Positions 27,397 through 40,449 of a stretch of 64,000 nt of DNA are shown here, piece by piece. The stretch spans positions 29,512,001 through 29,576,000 of the forward strand of contig NC_042999.1 in assembly GCF_006345805.1 (NCBI RefSeq). The letters run 5' to 3'. The notes beneath the pieces are model-generated. The model was not told the origin of the DNA and ran no database searches. It saw only the letters and a list, made by a program, of their open reading frames with translations. Each line of letters starts with the position of its first letter. Position 1 is the stretch's first letter. This stretch comes from Octopus sinensis. Lineage: Eukaryota. A program made the position numbers and the translations under genes.

Positions 27397-27511
27397 GTAG
27401 CAGTATAACCCGACTTTGCCCACAGGTAAGTCAGGATAATTAAGCTAATCAAGTTCTTTATTTCAAAGTATCATAGACTACAAATTTGGGCGAATTTGTT
27501 ATATATATCTG

Positions 27512-27604
<93 letters not shown>

Positions 27605-27615
27605 GTTATATATAA

Positions 27616-27672
<57 letters not shown>

Positions 27673-28170
27673 CTGTTATATATATATATATGTGTATATA
27701 TGGGTACCACACACATACACATAAACACACGTACATACGTGCACCTATCGCATACATTTGTTTTGTACGCATACTTATTCGTATGTGTGTGTGTTTGTTT
27801 GTGTGTGTGTGTGTGTGTGGTGTGTGTGTGTGTGTGTGTGTTGTGTGTGTGTTGCCCGTATATCAACAAAACACTTCTTTCCTTGATGGAAGAAACAACA
27901 AATGTCTTAACAAAAACCGTACTCGTCGCCAGCAGGGGAATTAACTCCTGTTTGCAAACAATGGTGACTTGAAAATTGTTAAAAGTTTTGGTTGAAAATA
28001 TACTTTTACTACTATTCACTAGTGCATCTGGTAAAAATAAGTTGATGAAATTACAGCTAGGTTCATGATGAATGTCCTAATTTTGGAGCAAAGTTGTGGA
28101 CTGCATGAATTGCATTCACGTACAGACACTGACACACACACACACACATCCTGCCTTTTATATATACACA
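27397..28170 (+). mobile_element. Possible non-autonomous Helitron-like element with internal microsatellites
   Basis: 5' end is gtagcagtataacccgactttgccc and 3' end is acagacactgacacaca...cctgccttttatatata. These resemble Lep1/DINE-type non-autonomous rolling-circle elements. Terminal resemblance only. Confidence 0.4.
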
Positions 28171-28173
28171 TAA

Positions 28174-29812
28174 CCACTGACGGAAAATGTCTGGAGAAAG
28201 GAATTGTGTATTGAGCTAAGGAGCAAATTGAAGGCTCTGGAGCTTCTGAAAATTGTTTGAAGACCCGATTTTATTCTCACAGAAATTTGTGCCGGTACCT
28301 CGAAAATGGGACAAAGACGGGCTTGGCAAAATATATCTGGGAAATAAAAGAAAATGAAACTCGGCCTTTCAACAAGAAATGGAGAATTTTAGATAGAGCA
28401 TCACCTTGCAGACACCGTACGAATAAAAGACCCATTAAATGTAATTTATGAGTTTCGGAAAAATTATATATTTTAATCCAGGATAATAGTGCTTTGAATC
28501 AAAGACACGATGTCTTTAATTCCTGCACACGCCCAACAAAATTTAAAATGTCAGCTGACAAAATTTCATATGGATAGTATATATATATTTTTTAATATTG
28601 AACTTTTTAAATCCCACTGTTGCATTTGTATTCTGTAATGCATGTTTTATTTCGCATGGAAAAGATACTGTATATATTTCCACGCATTTCTTAAAAAAAA
28701 CTTTCGATTGTTATATGCTTATATTATTTTCATGTTTAAGATTTTATTATTATTTTTATTTCATTTTACAAAACGATTTAATCGTTATATTTATAGATAA
28801 TTCGCTATATGGTGTTGCATTTTGCTTGTCTTTTAACCAATTGTTATGATTATTCACTCAGCATTTTGTGAATATGTTTTGTATATACGTTAGGACCTAG
28901 ATATGTTTTTATGTGTCCGTCTGTGTATATGTGTTAGTAACAATGTGTGTGTAAACCTGTACACCTAGGTTGTATATGTATGCATGTATACACTTATATT
29001 TGAGTGGATATGTATTTACGTGCATATTTCCATATATTTATATACGTGATCTTATATGTGTATTTATATGCCAATATATATATATGTATATGTTTGTGTG
29101 TGTGTGTGTGTCTTTGTGTAATTGTATTTTATGAGTACTTTTGTTACACATATTCCGTCACCTATCCCTCTTTCTTTCTATAGCTGTTACGTTTAGGTTC
29201 TTATTTTCTATTTTTCCCTCCCTAAGTTTAAGACATACTTTCTATCTCTCTTTCTCCATAACTGACCTGTATATGTATACACCAAGAGATTTTTGTACAA
29301 GGGTATGATTGTGTGCATAAATGTGTATATGTGTATTTGTGCGTATATTAATGTCTTACATATATATGCCTGTACATCTATGATGTTATGTGCATGGATA
29401 TCTGTATTTTCATGTATATATATATTTTATAGAGGGCCTAGTCCGGGTATATACTGTTGTGAAATATTTATGTGATGCAGCATGATAATTTTAATTTTAA
29501 TGTATTAATTGACTTATATTTCGTATATAGTTCTTTACAATATGTATTTTGAAACTACTCTTCGATTTGAGGTTTTCTTCCGTTTTGCAATAGAATTAAT
29601 TTATATTCTATTCATTTATCTTGTGCATTGCTTCCTTAAGACCGTTAATCGAAAGTACCAATCAAACAAATACATTTTTAAAAGTGTATCCTTTAACTAG
29701 GTTTGATTATATCGTTATTTTTGTTCCATTTTAACAGAACTGTCCGACGAACGGGAACATGAAACACTGAGTAACAGGTTTTGTTATACTTCTGCAGCTT
29801 TGAAATGAATAT
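28174..29812 (+). mobile_element. Penelope-like element 3' part: GIY-YIG endonuclease remnant (28174-28560), long 3' region, terminal HHR
   Basis: Reads DGKCLEKGIVY*A...KTRFYSH...TGLAKYIWEIKE...KWRILDRA...CNL*VSEKLYIL...LNQRHDVFNSC, typical of the PLE GIY-YIG C-terminal region. HHR motif at 29733-29785. Confidence 0.8.
29733..29785 (+). ncRNA. Type I hammerhead ribozyme motif, degenerate (family H3)
   Basis: Sequence is aacagaactgt-CCGACGA-acg-ggaa-cat-GAAAC-actga-GTA-acaggttttgtt. It is homologous to the copies at 32162 and 33356. Confidence 0.65.
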
Positions 29813-29837
29813 ATACATATCTACATACATATTCATG

Positions 29838-29870
<33 letters not shown>

Positions 29871-29982
29871 ATATATATATATATAATATATATATATGTA
29901 TATATATATATATATGCGTTTTGCGTAATGAGAAAAATAAAAATACAAACCGTATAGATATTAGAGCATTTATAGACACAAA

Positions 29983-30034
29983 GTCTTATAACTGTTTCTA
30001 GGATAGTAATTAATAATAACCCTTCAGCGGAGAC
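29983..30034 (-). ncRNA. Degenerate type I hammerhead motif (family H2) within a terminal-repeat fragment at about 29930-30160
   Basis: Minus strand reads gtct-CCGCTGA-agggtta...tatccta-GAAAC-agtt-ATA-agac. Confidence 0.55.
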
Positions 30035-30161
30035 GGTGCGAGAAGAAAACCTTAGTCGTAGATATCGATGTTATACAAATAGAGAGTGAGTTTGGGGGAA
30101 GGAGATAAATGTAAAATATGTATGGGTATTGAATTCGTAATTCCGTTTCAGGGGTATAATG

Positions 30162-30241
<80 letters not shown>

Positions 30242-30265
30242 ATATATATATATATATATATATAG

Positions 30266-30302
<37 letters not shown>

Positions 30303-30364
30303 GTAATATTCACTATCCTTTGAGTAAAATTGAAAGATCCATAAATATGTATATATATATATAA

Positions 30365-30437
<73 letters not shown>

Positions 30438-31302
30438 CATTTATATTTATATAAAATATATATAGGTATATCTATCTATCTCTCTCCATATATATAAAAA
30501 ATATATATATATATATATACACATACATACATACATATATACATATAAGTGTGTGTGTGCTAACACGCCTATAACTACGCGCACAATTCATACAGTAGCT
30601 AGACGCTCCCATATAGAACAAGTGCTCTACAAAATTACACCAAATTTTTAGGCAAAATGCTCTCTAATAAGCATGTTTCGTGATTTGTTTCCTATGTCAT
30701 CCCTTGACATGTTGTTTTGCAATGAAATAGTTTCTACAATAAACCTATCCTAATCTCAGAAGAAAACATTTTATTTTCTTGAAATAAGTTTTCCACAAAG
30801 GCGGATTCTCTAACCTTCTGAGAGTTCTGCAATTAAAATAAAATCCAGCATTGATGCCAGCTGAGTTCCCTAAAGATTTCTATTTCATAAAATTTCTCTC
30901 CTCGCTGTTAGTGAAAGCTAAATGTGTACATTCTATTATTATTCCAGAATAAAATCGATATCGTAAGAAGCATTGTAACATGTTAACATTTGCAAATGAT
31001 ATACACGTAATAATATCATATTGAATAGTATAATATAAACAAATAAGAGAGTATGGATTTTCTTTTCATTTAAATATATTCATAAATAATTAACAAAATA
31101 AAATATCGGCCACCATGACAGTCACACAAAACAACACATAGACACATATCCGTATGAAGATTAATTACACACAAATATATTTCGAAATCACCGATTGCAT
31201 CTTCTTTCTGCATGTTTGTATATATATATATATATATATATTGTTATATAGATTGATATGTATATGTATATATACATATGCATGTATATATTTATAAATA
31301 TC

Positions 31303-31347
<45 letters not shown>

Positions 31348-31458
31348 TTGTGTGTGTGTAGTAAATAAACTCGAAGAACAAACACAAAAAACAACAACGT
31401 AAAGATGTGGTAAAGGTAAATTATTAGCAGACGCACAGAGAAGGAAATAAAAAAAATG

Positions 31459-31493
31459 ATTTAACGTTTCGAGCAAAGCTCTTCTTCAGAAAC
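31459..31493 (-). ncRNA. Minimal type I hammerhead motif with intact core (family H1), in a repeat at about 31365-31560
   Basis: Minus strand reads gttt-CTGAAGA-a-GAGC-ttt-GCTC-GAAAC-GTT-aaat. Stem III is reduced to the palindrome AACGTT. Confidence 0.65.
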
Positions 31494-32063
31494 AGCGATA
31501 AGTTCAATAGAAAAGGAAAGGAAGTAGGATGCAAAAATTTCGAACGATTCACATGTGGTTCCATAAAAAAAATTATATATATATAACCAAATAAATAATA
31601 TCACACTACGAATTACAAAAGCATATTAGAAGAATGCAGCAGGGTCCCGCGTGGTGTATTTCGAAGCTAACTATCCTCGATAGACTTCAGCCAAGACCAT
31701 GCCGCATTCTTAGGATATTCTTTCGGTTGTAGACGTAAGTTTCGTATGATGATTACGCTTGTTTGTAATAGAGTAATTCTCATTTTTCTGTTTGAAATGG
31801 ATGTGATAATTACCTTCAGCCTGTTATTAATCATTTTATTATAATAAATCAAGGGAACCTACAACTTTTCATACAAACTAGAGTATACCAGCAACGTACA
31901 ATTTAAAATACCCCATGCTTTGGACCAAGCACAAGGCGCTAAATAATCATAGGGTCGATTTTGTCTTTGTACACTACAGGGATGTTATATTTGATACTTG
32001 CCAACCACAGATTTATCCAATCCTACCTCGTGCATATATTTGTAAGCATATGTATATATATAC

Positions 32064-32095
<32 letters not shown>

Positions 32096-32098
32096 ATT

Positions 32099-32144
<46 letters not shown>

Positions 32145-32161
32145 AAGCAGCAGAAAATTCA

Positions 32162-32213
32162 ACAAAATCTGTTACTCTGAGTTTCTCGTTGCCGTTCATC
32201 AGACAGTTTTTGC
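32162..32213 (-). ncRNA. Type I hammerhead ribozyme (family H3), downstream copy on the minus strand
   Basis: Minus strand reads gcaaaaactgt-CTGATGA-acg-gcaa-cga-GAAAC-tc-a-ga-GTA-acagattttgt. Core is complete and stem I has 11 bp with one mismatch. Predicted cleavage is between 32173 and 32172. Confidence 0.78.
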
Positions 32214-33206
32214 TAGTCAACGTACCCTGTATTTCCCGGGAAAATGGGGCTTATCCCTTGGTCCGTTATCATAAGCATTTCGCTAACTCTATAACCACAA
32301 TGCAAATTATGTAGGCCTGAAAACGGTTACTGTGCATTTACAGAAAATACTAAGCTGTCTTCAACATGATGCGGCTTTTAGTAATTCTCAATAAGTTATG
32401 GCGGTGCCCTAGCAATGGCGGTGCCCCAGCATGGCCACAGCTTGTGAGCTGAAACTAAATAAAATTTTAAAAAAGCAAAATGTGAAGGCAGCTGTGTAAG
32501 AACATGAAATTGGTTACCCGATAGAAAAAAATTTAAAATAAAGTAGCCCCGTAAAGGGCTTAATGATTCCCAGTGTATATAGAACCTAAGGAAATACTAA
32601 TAAGGTATGTATAATAAAATAGTGAAGCAGGTTACGTAATAACAAGCTAATGAAATATGAGATGATGACAATTCAAAGAAAATGACTCTGAAAAGAGATT
32701 TAGTGCCTTCCCAGACAATATTCCCCTCAGGGGCGCTAGTGTTTTTATATTCATGAATATATCACTAACCGACATAAGTGCATCTATTGTTTAGGGAAAT
32801 ATTACTTACTTGTTTAAGGGTTGTACTTGATAATTTGAGAAATGATCCTAACAGTTGAAATACTAAGAAATATACAAATTCAATTTCATATTTTTTTATG
32901 ATTTAGAAATACCTATGGATTATTTCCCTTGGCCACATAAAAGGATCACTTCCTGGAGTGAATGTGATAGTTCCTTTGGTTTTTAAAAGAAAATATTTAG
33001 CTGATAAGGATCCCTGCCAGAAGCCCTATTATAACTTTTTCAGCAATTTGAGTATGCCATGAGTTTTCCATATACGAGTTCTACTCACGTGTCAAGTTAC
33101 ATCAAAATGTACGAGAAGTTACCTAAAAACTCCACAAAGACACGAACAGACAGAATGTTTCGCATATATGTAGTATATATGTATGTATGTATGTATATAT
33201 ATACAT

Positions 33207-33240
<34 letters not shown>

Positions 33241-33296
33241 GTATGTATATATATATATATATTATGTATGTATATATATGTAATATGTATATATAT

Positions 33297-33338
<42 letters not shown>

Positions 33339-33355
33339 AAGCAGCAGAAAATTCA

Positions 33356-33407
33356 ACAAAATCTGTTACTCTGAGTTTCTCGTTGCCGTTCATCAGACAG
33401 TTTTTGC
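33356..33407 (-). ncRNA. Type I hammerhead ribozyme (family H3), upstream copy on the minus strand
   Basis: Identical to 32162-32213. Predicted cleavage is between 33367 and 33366. Confidence 0.78.
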
Positions 33408-34400
33408 TAGTCAACGTACCCTGTATTTCCCGGAAAATGGGGCTTATCCCTTGGTCCGTTATCATAAGCATTTCGCTAACTCTATAACCACAATGCAAAT
33501 TATGTAGGCCTGAAAACGGTTACTGTGCATTTACAGAAAATACTAAGCTGTCTTCAACATGATGCGGCTTTTAGTAATTCTCAATAAGTTATGGCGGTGC
33601 CCTAGCAATGGCGGTGCCCCAGCATGGCCACAGCTTGTGAGCTGAAACTAAATAAAATTTTAAAAAAGCAAAATGTGAAGGCAGCTGTGTAAGAACATGA
33701 AATTGGTTACCCGATAGAAAAAAATTTAAAATAAAGTAGCCCCGTAAAGGGCTTAATGATTCCCAGTGTATATAGAACCTAAGGAAATACTAATAAGGTA
33801 TGTATAATAAAATAGTGAAGCAGGTTACGTAATAACAAGCTAATGAAATATGAGATGATGACAATTCAAAGAAAATGACTCTGAAAAGAGATTTAGTGCC
33901 TTCCCAGACAATATTCCCCTCAGGGGCGCTAGTGTTTTTTATTCATGAATATATCACTAACCGACATAAGTGCATCTATTGTTTAGGGAAATATTACTTA
34001 CTTGTTTAAGGGTTGTACTTGATAATTTGAGAAATGATCCTAACAGTTGAAATACTAAGAAATATACAAATTCAATTTCATATTTTTTTATGATTTAGAA
34101 ATACCTATGGATTATTTCCCTTGGCCACATAAAAGGATCACTTCCTGGAGTGAATGTGATAGTTCCTTTGGTTTTTAAAAGAAAATATTTTAGCTGTATA
34201 AGGATCCCTGCCAGAAGCCCTATTATAACTTTTTCAGCAATTTGAGTATGCCATGAGTTTTCCATATACGAGTTCTACTCACGTGTCAAGTTACATCAAA
34301 ATGTACGAGAAGTTACCTAAAAACTCCACAAAGACACGAACAGACAGAATGTTTCGCATATATGTAGTATATATGTATGTATGTATGTATATATATACAT

Positions 34401-34434
<34 letters not shown>

Positions 34435-34485
34435 TATGTATGTATATATATATATAATATATATATATATATATGTATATATGTA

Positions 34486-34518
<33 letters not shown>

Positions 34519-34812
34519 AGCAGAAATAGAGGGAGGTAATTAGGTAGCTACATATACGTAGAGATTTATTTAGATACAGATAGTTATATAAATAAATAGG
34601 TAGACATATATACATATATGTATATTTATGTATGTATCTACAACATACATATTCATAAACGCAGCTTGCAAGGTTTTACTTAAATTAGTTTATCCAATGT
34701 AATAAAGTTCTTATATTTGCCTGGAGATTTAAGATGAATATTTTTGCGATAGGTTAACTTTGTTCTATGAATAATAATTCAAACATTTTTAAATCGTTAC
34801 GGAAGCTATCTA

Positions 34813-34852
<40 letters not shown>

Positions 34853-34966
34853 AGATAGATATATATATATATATAGATAGAAAGATAGATATATAGATAG
34901 AGAGAGATATATAGACTTATATGCATATTACTACATATATATATACATATGCATATATACATATAC

Positions 34967-35002
<36 letters not shown>

Positions 35003-36759
35003 TGTGTGTGTGTGTGTATGTGTGTGTGTGTATGAGTGTGTGTGTCTCACTTACTACAACTCAGTTTTTCTTAGCATTATACAGAAGACAATAATTTATT
35101 CAAATATAGTCTACAGCAACTAGAATTTCTAATTCAATTTCGAAAATCAGTCCCGAAACATCTGTCTTCGTATACAGATTGAATTTTATATAAGGCCTTA
35201 AGCATTCTCCAAACTCATTGTTCCATAGTATATATATGATAGCTATTTATCATGTCATCACCCTCTATTTCCATCTTTTCTCTCAGAAAATCATACTCAA
35301 CGTGTCTATAATATAAGTTAACTCATTGTATTTCCTGCAACACCAAACTCAATATAATTGAATATAATTTGAAGCACCACTTTTTTTATTATGTTGCTCA
35401 AATACATATTCTGAAACTTGATGTTATGAAGGTAGTTTTCCAAGTAATTTCACTTACCCTATATCACTATAGGATGTAAAGAATTATACTTTTCGCTCTA
35501 AGGAACTTGTATGTCATTATATCATAAATTGCTCAATCTATATTGTAATTTCAGTAAACTGAAATTACAATATTTGCCGCTAAGTTTGCAATCCGTTTGA
35601 TAATTGTACAGCTCGTGTGGAAATTTTACTGCTCGTATAGAAATTGTGTGCTTTGAGAAAATCCACAATATTTTCCTTGTGTCTTTACAGCATTTGGGAA
35701 TATTTTGTGGATGATTAGACATTTTCCTTTCAAGAACAATTGTATTTCTCTTATCGTTCGAATACATCACCTACACTGTGAACAACAGAAAATTTTATTT
35801 AAGCTGACTGTTTACAGAACCATAGCCAATATGAAAACCGAGTATGCGTTAGAAATTTTCGCTACACATGAAACAGCAATGTGAAGGGCTTACGATTATC
35901 TCTGACACTGTATATGGGTATCACAAATTAATTGTTAATTGAGAAGTGATAGGAGTAAAAAAATTGCACACCATTTACCCCGCAGCATATTAGAAGCCAC
36001 TACATTGAAACCAGTTGTTTATCGACAAAAGATGATTATGTCACGACAATCGGTAACGAAATACGTAGTTGTTGAACAATCGAAAACAAAATACATAACT
36101 GTTGACATTTAGCCCTAACTTCAGTTATAGCAATCATCATAAAAATCAGTTTTAAAACTATAAGCTCTATTACACAAAATAAACAAAAGGACATGTGTAT
36201 GCGAGACGTCTCCAAAATCTTGTCTAATTTTGTGAATCATATAATGTAAAAATATTATATGAAAGCTACTGACTATCCTAGAATATAAGTGTGATATGAA
36301 TCAAACGGTAGAAGAGCATGATCCTCATCTTCGAAAAGAAAAATGAGAAAGAAGTCATAACATGCCTACCTACTGTATACAGCACATATTTTGTTATAGG
36401 AAAAATAAATAGTTAGTCTTACAAATTTATCACATCCATCTGAAAATAGATTGCAAAAGCAGTACAATGTAATTTATATTCATTAGAAAAATGTACTTCA
36501 GCGTCATACGATTTTAATATCAAAATGCCTTTTCTTTTCTGTGATTCACATCCATCAATTGTAGCCTTCTTGGAACTCAGTATCAAACATACTATTAATG
36601 AACAGCAAATCATTCTAACACTATAATCAATAGTGGACTAATCAATAAAGAAATGTACGCTAAAGTCGCTAAACTCCTCTGTCTATGCCCATTTCTCTAT
36701 CGTTAACGCTTTTAAACATATCGGAGGCATAAACTAATAGTTTGAAAAAAAATGCATTT

Positions 36760-38600
36760 TCCATTATATACGGATAATCGCAAAATATACGATGAATACC
36801 TGTCGCATAAATTCACAACCGATCAGAGTCTAGGAGACACTTCAGGTTGCCTGATCTCGAAGCATCTGCGATTGCATGAGTAATCTGCTAGGCAGTCTAC
36901 CATGGGTGAATCGCCATCAGTTTGGACAGAAAAAAACATCTTTCTCTCATGCTGAAATCTCTTTCATGTGCTGATACGTATTCCATCAATGCACTGCTAG
37001 CTTTATTTACAAAATCGAATTTGTTTTAATTTCCTGCGTCTCTGAGCGTTTTCAATATAACTTTTATTGTTTTAGTTTATTCTGCTGTTATGTTCGGATG
37101 TTTCCTGTGGTTTGTTTGAGGATTCTACATTTGATATAGTCTTGAGTAACTGTTCTTTCTATTCCTCGTGACACTTTTATTATAGGGTTCCAGAGCTTTT
37201 AATCGGTGGCCAGGATTTTTTCTTACTTTACCGTAGAGTTACGTTTGTTTCATTCTCCTAATATTTGCGATGACTGTTTATCAAGATACATCTCGTTCTC
37301 CTCAGTCACATCAGAAATCTAAGAAATATGTTGGTGTACAAATGATGTATATTAATATTTTGTTTTTATCACTTATGGCAATGGTGTGAAACTTCGTGTT
37401 TGTTTTGGAAGAAATATACTTTTGTTTCTTTGAGGATATATATTTTGAAATTGTATGTTTATGACACACCATTAATTTAGTATTACAGTAATTAATATTC
37501 CTGTTATTACCCTTGCTGCTCGCATTGTCAAGTTGCTGCTATTTTCATTGCTTCGGGGTGTTGGTAGTCAATTCGGCGCCATTTAACTGTGCGAACACAG
37601 AAAAATATTACGGTGTCTGGCGCTTTCCCTTAAATAAAACATAGCCAGCCGAGCTTTACCGGAACATTCCTGGGTTCCCCAATCTCCATGTATAAGTGTG
37701 CATTTTACTTTTAAAAAATCCATGCTTTCCAACCATTCTTTTAATTACAATTCAGATCTAAAATTTCGCTGTGTTTTTGTGACTGTTTTACTTAATAAAT
37801 CTTGACGTAATTCTTCAGGCACATTAAAAGTGTGAAATTTGCGTAATCTTCACGTGTTTCCCCACGTTAAGTTAGCATCATGCAATCATAAGTTTACTGA
37901 TTTGTAGGTATTAGCATGATGTTCTACGAGTAGGACTTAATGATGTTTATTTTCATATTCTTTAATCATTGAAACATAGAGATACCAGCATTCAATATTA
38001 ATTTCTTTCTCCCAATATATACCCCGGACAACACCATCTTTCCAACATTCAATATCTTGTGCTGTTGTAATATTGCGTATATCTTTATATACCTCTCTGC
38101 ATTAGGCTTCGTTTAATTTTTTTTTTATTTAAGTCACGCTGTCTTTTCGCTGAACAGATTTTGAAGAAAATGTTTTACACACATTTGTTGAAATACATTT
38201 GGAAATGAGCTCCTATTTATTATGCTGTTTTGTTTTAGTGCTGTGGCAAATAATAGAAGGGTTACTGTTTTATTGCACTTCTCGTTTGCGTTGTTCATAT
38301 TGTTGCGGTTATTTTCATTTTTGAAATATTTTTATCGTTGTTCTATTTGTGATTGATGTTTCCATTGTACAAGCAAGTTGCTCGAAGAAGAAGACGACTA
38401 CAATATTTTTCTCTTCTCCAAAACAGCTATAACTAGTAATAACGACGCTTGATACGTTTATATCCCCACCTATCGTTGTTTTAGTATCAATAAAAGTGTA
38501 TTCCACTTCCTGTTTTTCACATTTCTAAGCAGTGAATATTATTATTACTTCGCAGGGATCTGTTTTCTTTTAATGTTCTGTCTTGTTTCCCAAGAAAACT
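36760..38600 (-). pseudogene. Possible very decayed LINE ORF1 / AP-endonuclease relic
   Basis: The minus strand is purine-rich and coding-like, with weak motifs GNLKCLLD (GDFN-like) near 36830-36860 and a gag-knuckle-like segment near 37590-37690. Weak evidence. Confidence 0.25.
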
Positions 38601-38764
38601 GACAACTTACGAGATCATCTGGAATATCAAACAGAGCGCAAAAGCCTAAGGGACGTCAGTTCTTCTCATGAATGACAATAACAGCACCAATAACAATAAC
38701 AGCAACGAAAACAACAAAAACAAATGCAACAACAACAACAACAACAACAACAATAATAATAATG

Positions 38765-38807
<43 letters not shown>

Positions 38808-38899
38808 CAACAACAATTATAATAATAATAATAGTAATAACAACAACAACAGCAACAAGACCCATTACAATAATGATATCATTTACAATAATAAATCTA

Positions 38900-39851
38900 A
38901 AATCTCATTGAAAATTGCAACCATGAGATTTTCTCCTTCCCTGCAACAAACAAATGTCAGGATTTTAAAGAGGCGTCTGAAATATGAAGATGCCATAAAG
39001 TTGCATTCATTGCCGAAAAGCGCAATAGTATACCTCCAAGAAATACAACTAGAAGAACCAGTACCCGAAGAAAATGTGCTCACAATCGACGAGGTAAAAT
39101 GAATAGAAACCATAGCAAAACAAATCAATTTCCCGTATACAAAGGAAAAATGGCATGAAGATATGTGAGTAAAGCCTGGTGCAATGCTGTAGATCGAACC
39201 CTTACTCATCACTGACTGTCATACCCTGGTCTAAAAACAGAACCTGAGGTGTATTCCATTACTTTACATGATTAGTTCATTCCCACTAAGAATTGCCAGT
39301 GGGCTGGAATATGAAAACAGCTCATTCATTATGCAGGCAGCATCCAGATAAACCAAACACATAATGTTTAAATGCAGCAGGATGGTACCAATTGAGTACT
39401 TACAAAGACATGACAAGGCGGATCAATGCATACACTAGTCAATATACCGCTCAAATCGCTCCCTCACAAAAACAATACGTAAGAATACACTCCACCAAAA
39501 GTTGCATTCAAATGGTGAGGTCACCACCCTTTGGAATTTATGCGTTCGGGCTGGACGAGAAGTACAACCAAAACATCCTCACCTCTTTGTGAAAAGTTAT
39601 ATTAAAAACAAATTGTTTTGTGATTGATGCTGCAACCCCATCCATCAAAAAACTCTTCTCTGAACATATTTGAAAAAATGATCTAGCAGGAGTGGCTGTG
39701 TGGTAAGTAGCTTGCTTACCAACCACATGGTTCCGGGTTCAGTCCTACTGCGTGGCATCGTGGGCAAGTGTCTTCTACTATAGCCTCGGGCCGACCAAAG
39801 CCTTGTGAGTGGATTTGGTAAACAGAAACTGAAAGAAGCCCGTCGTATATG

Positions 39852-39885
<34 letters not shown>

Positions 39886-40435
39886 ATTATATATATATAT
39901 ATATATATGTTTGCGTGTATGTTTTTGTGTCTGTGTTTGTCCTCCTAGCATTTCTTGACAGCCGATGCTGGTGTGTTTATGTCCCCATCACCTAATGGTT
40001 CGGCAAAAGAGACCGATAGAATAAGTACTGGGTTTACAAAGAATAAGTCCCGGGGTCGAGTTGCTCGAATAAATGCGGTGCTCCAGCATGGCCACAGTCA
40101 ACTGACTGAAACAAGTAAAAGAGTAAAAGAGTAAAAGAGTAGCATAAGTACCTAGGGACTGAAATCCAAAGAATATAGCATTTCAAAACTACAACGTATT
40201 TCACTGGTCAACAAAATTTATTTTCAAGCATAAAATCATACCGATGTTTTAGACTAACTTTTGAAAGCTGATTTTAAAATTGACTTAAGATATGTTCTAT
40301 CAAATTATGTTTTTGTGCCATCGTTATTTACCTGGAGCATATCATAATTTAAGCCTTGTGCCGCCTAATTTGAGATAGTTATCGTTGAATACTCAGACAA
40401 ATTTTGAATATGTTGAGACTGAGATTCCCTTTAAA
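38900..40435 (+). mobile_element. Decayed R4/Dong-like LINE 3' part, interrupted by SINE A
   Basis: Reads GLKTEPE and CFVIDAATP...EKM[SINE]KY..EIQRI, which are REL motifs split by the SINE. It begins immediately after an (AAC/AAT)n tract at 38670-38890. Confidence 0.65.
39686..40141 (+). mobile_element. SINE family A nested in a LINE relic
   Basis: Colinear with the other family A copies. Possible short TSD tagca. Confidence 0.9.
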
Positions 40436-40449
40436 GGTGGGAAATGAAC

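Larger units (their letters stand above)
32141..34520. repeat. Near-identical tandem duplication with a period of 1194 bp, bounded by (TA)n tracts
   Basis: ttttaagcagcag occurs at 32141 and 33335, and ccatgagtttt at 33057 and 34251. Only a few indels or substitutions were seen outside the microsatellite. Confidence 0.95.

Noticed and set aside
32722-32742. CTCF-like motif cccctcaggggcgctag
   Set aside because: It is one G short of the consensus spacing and lies in repeat-derived sequence with no supporting context.
32141-34520. LTR retrotransposon with two LTRs
   Set aside because: The repeats are directly adjacent, with no internal region, no TG...CA ends and no PBS or PPT.
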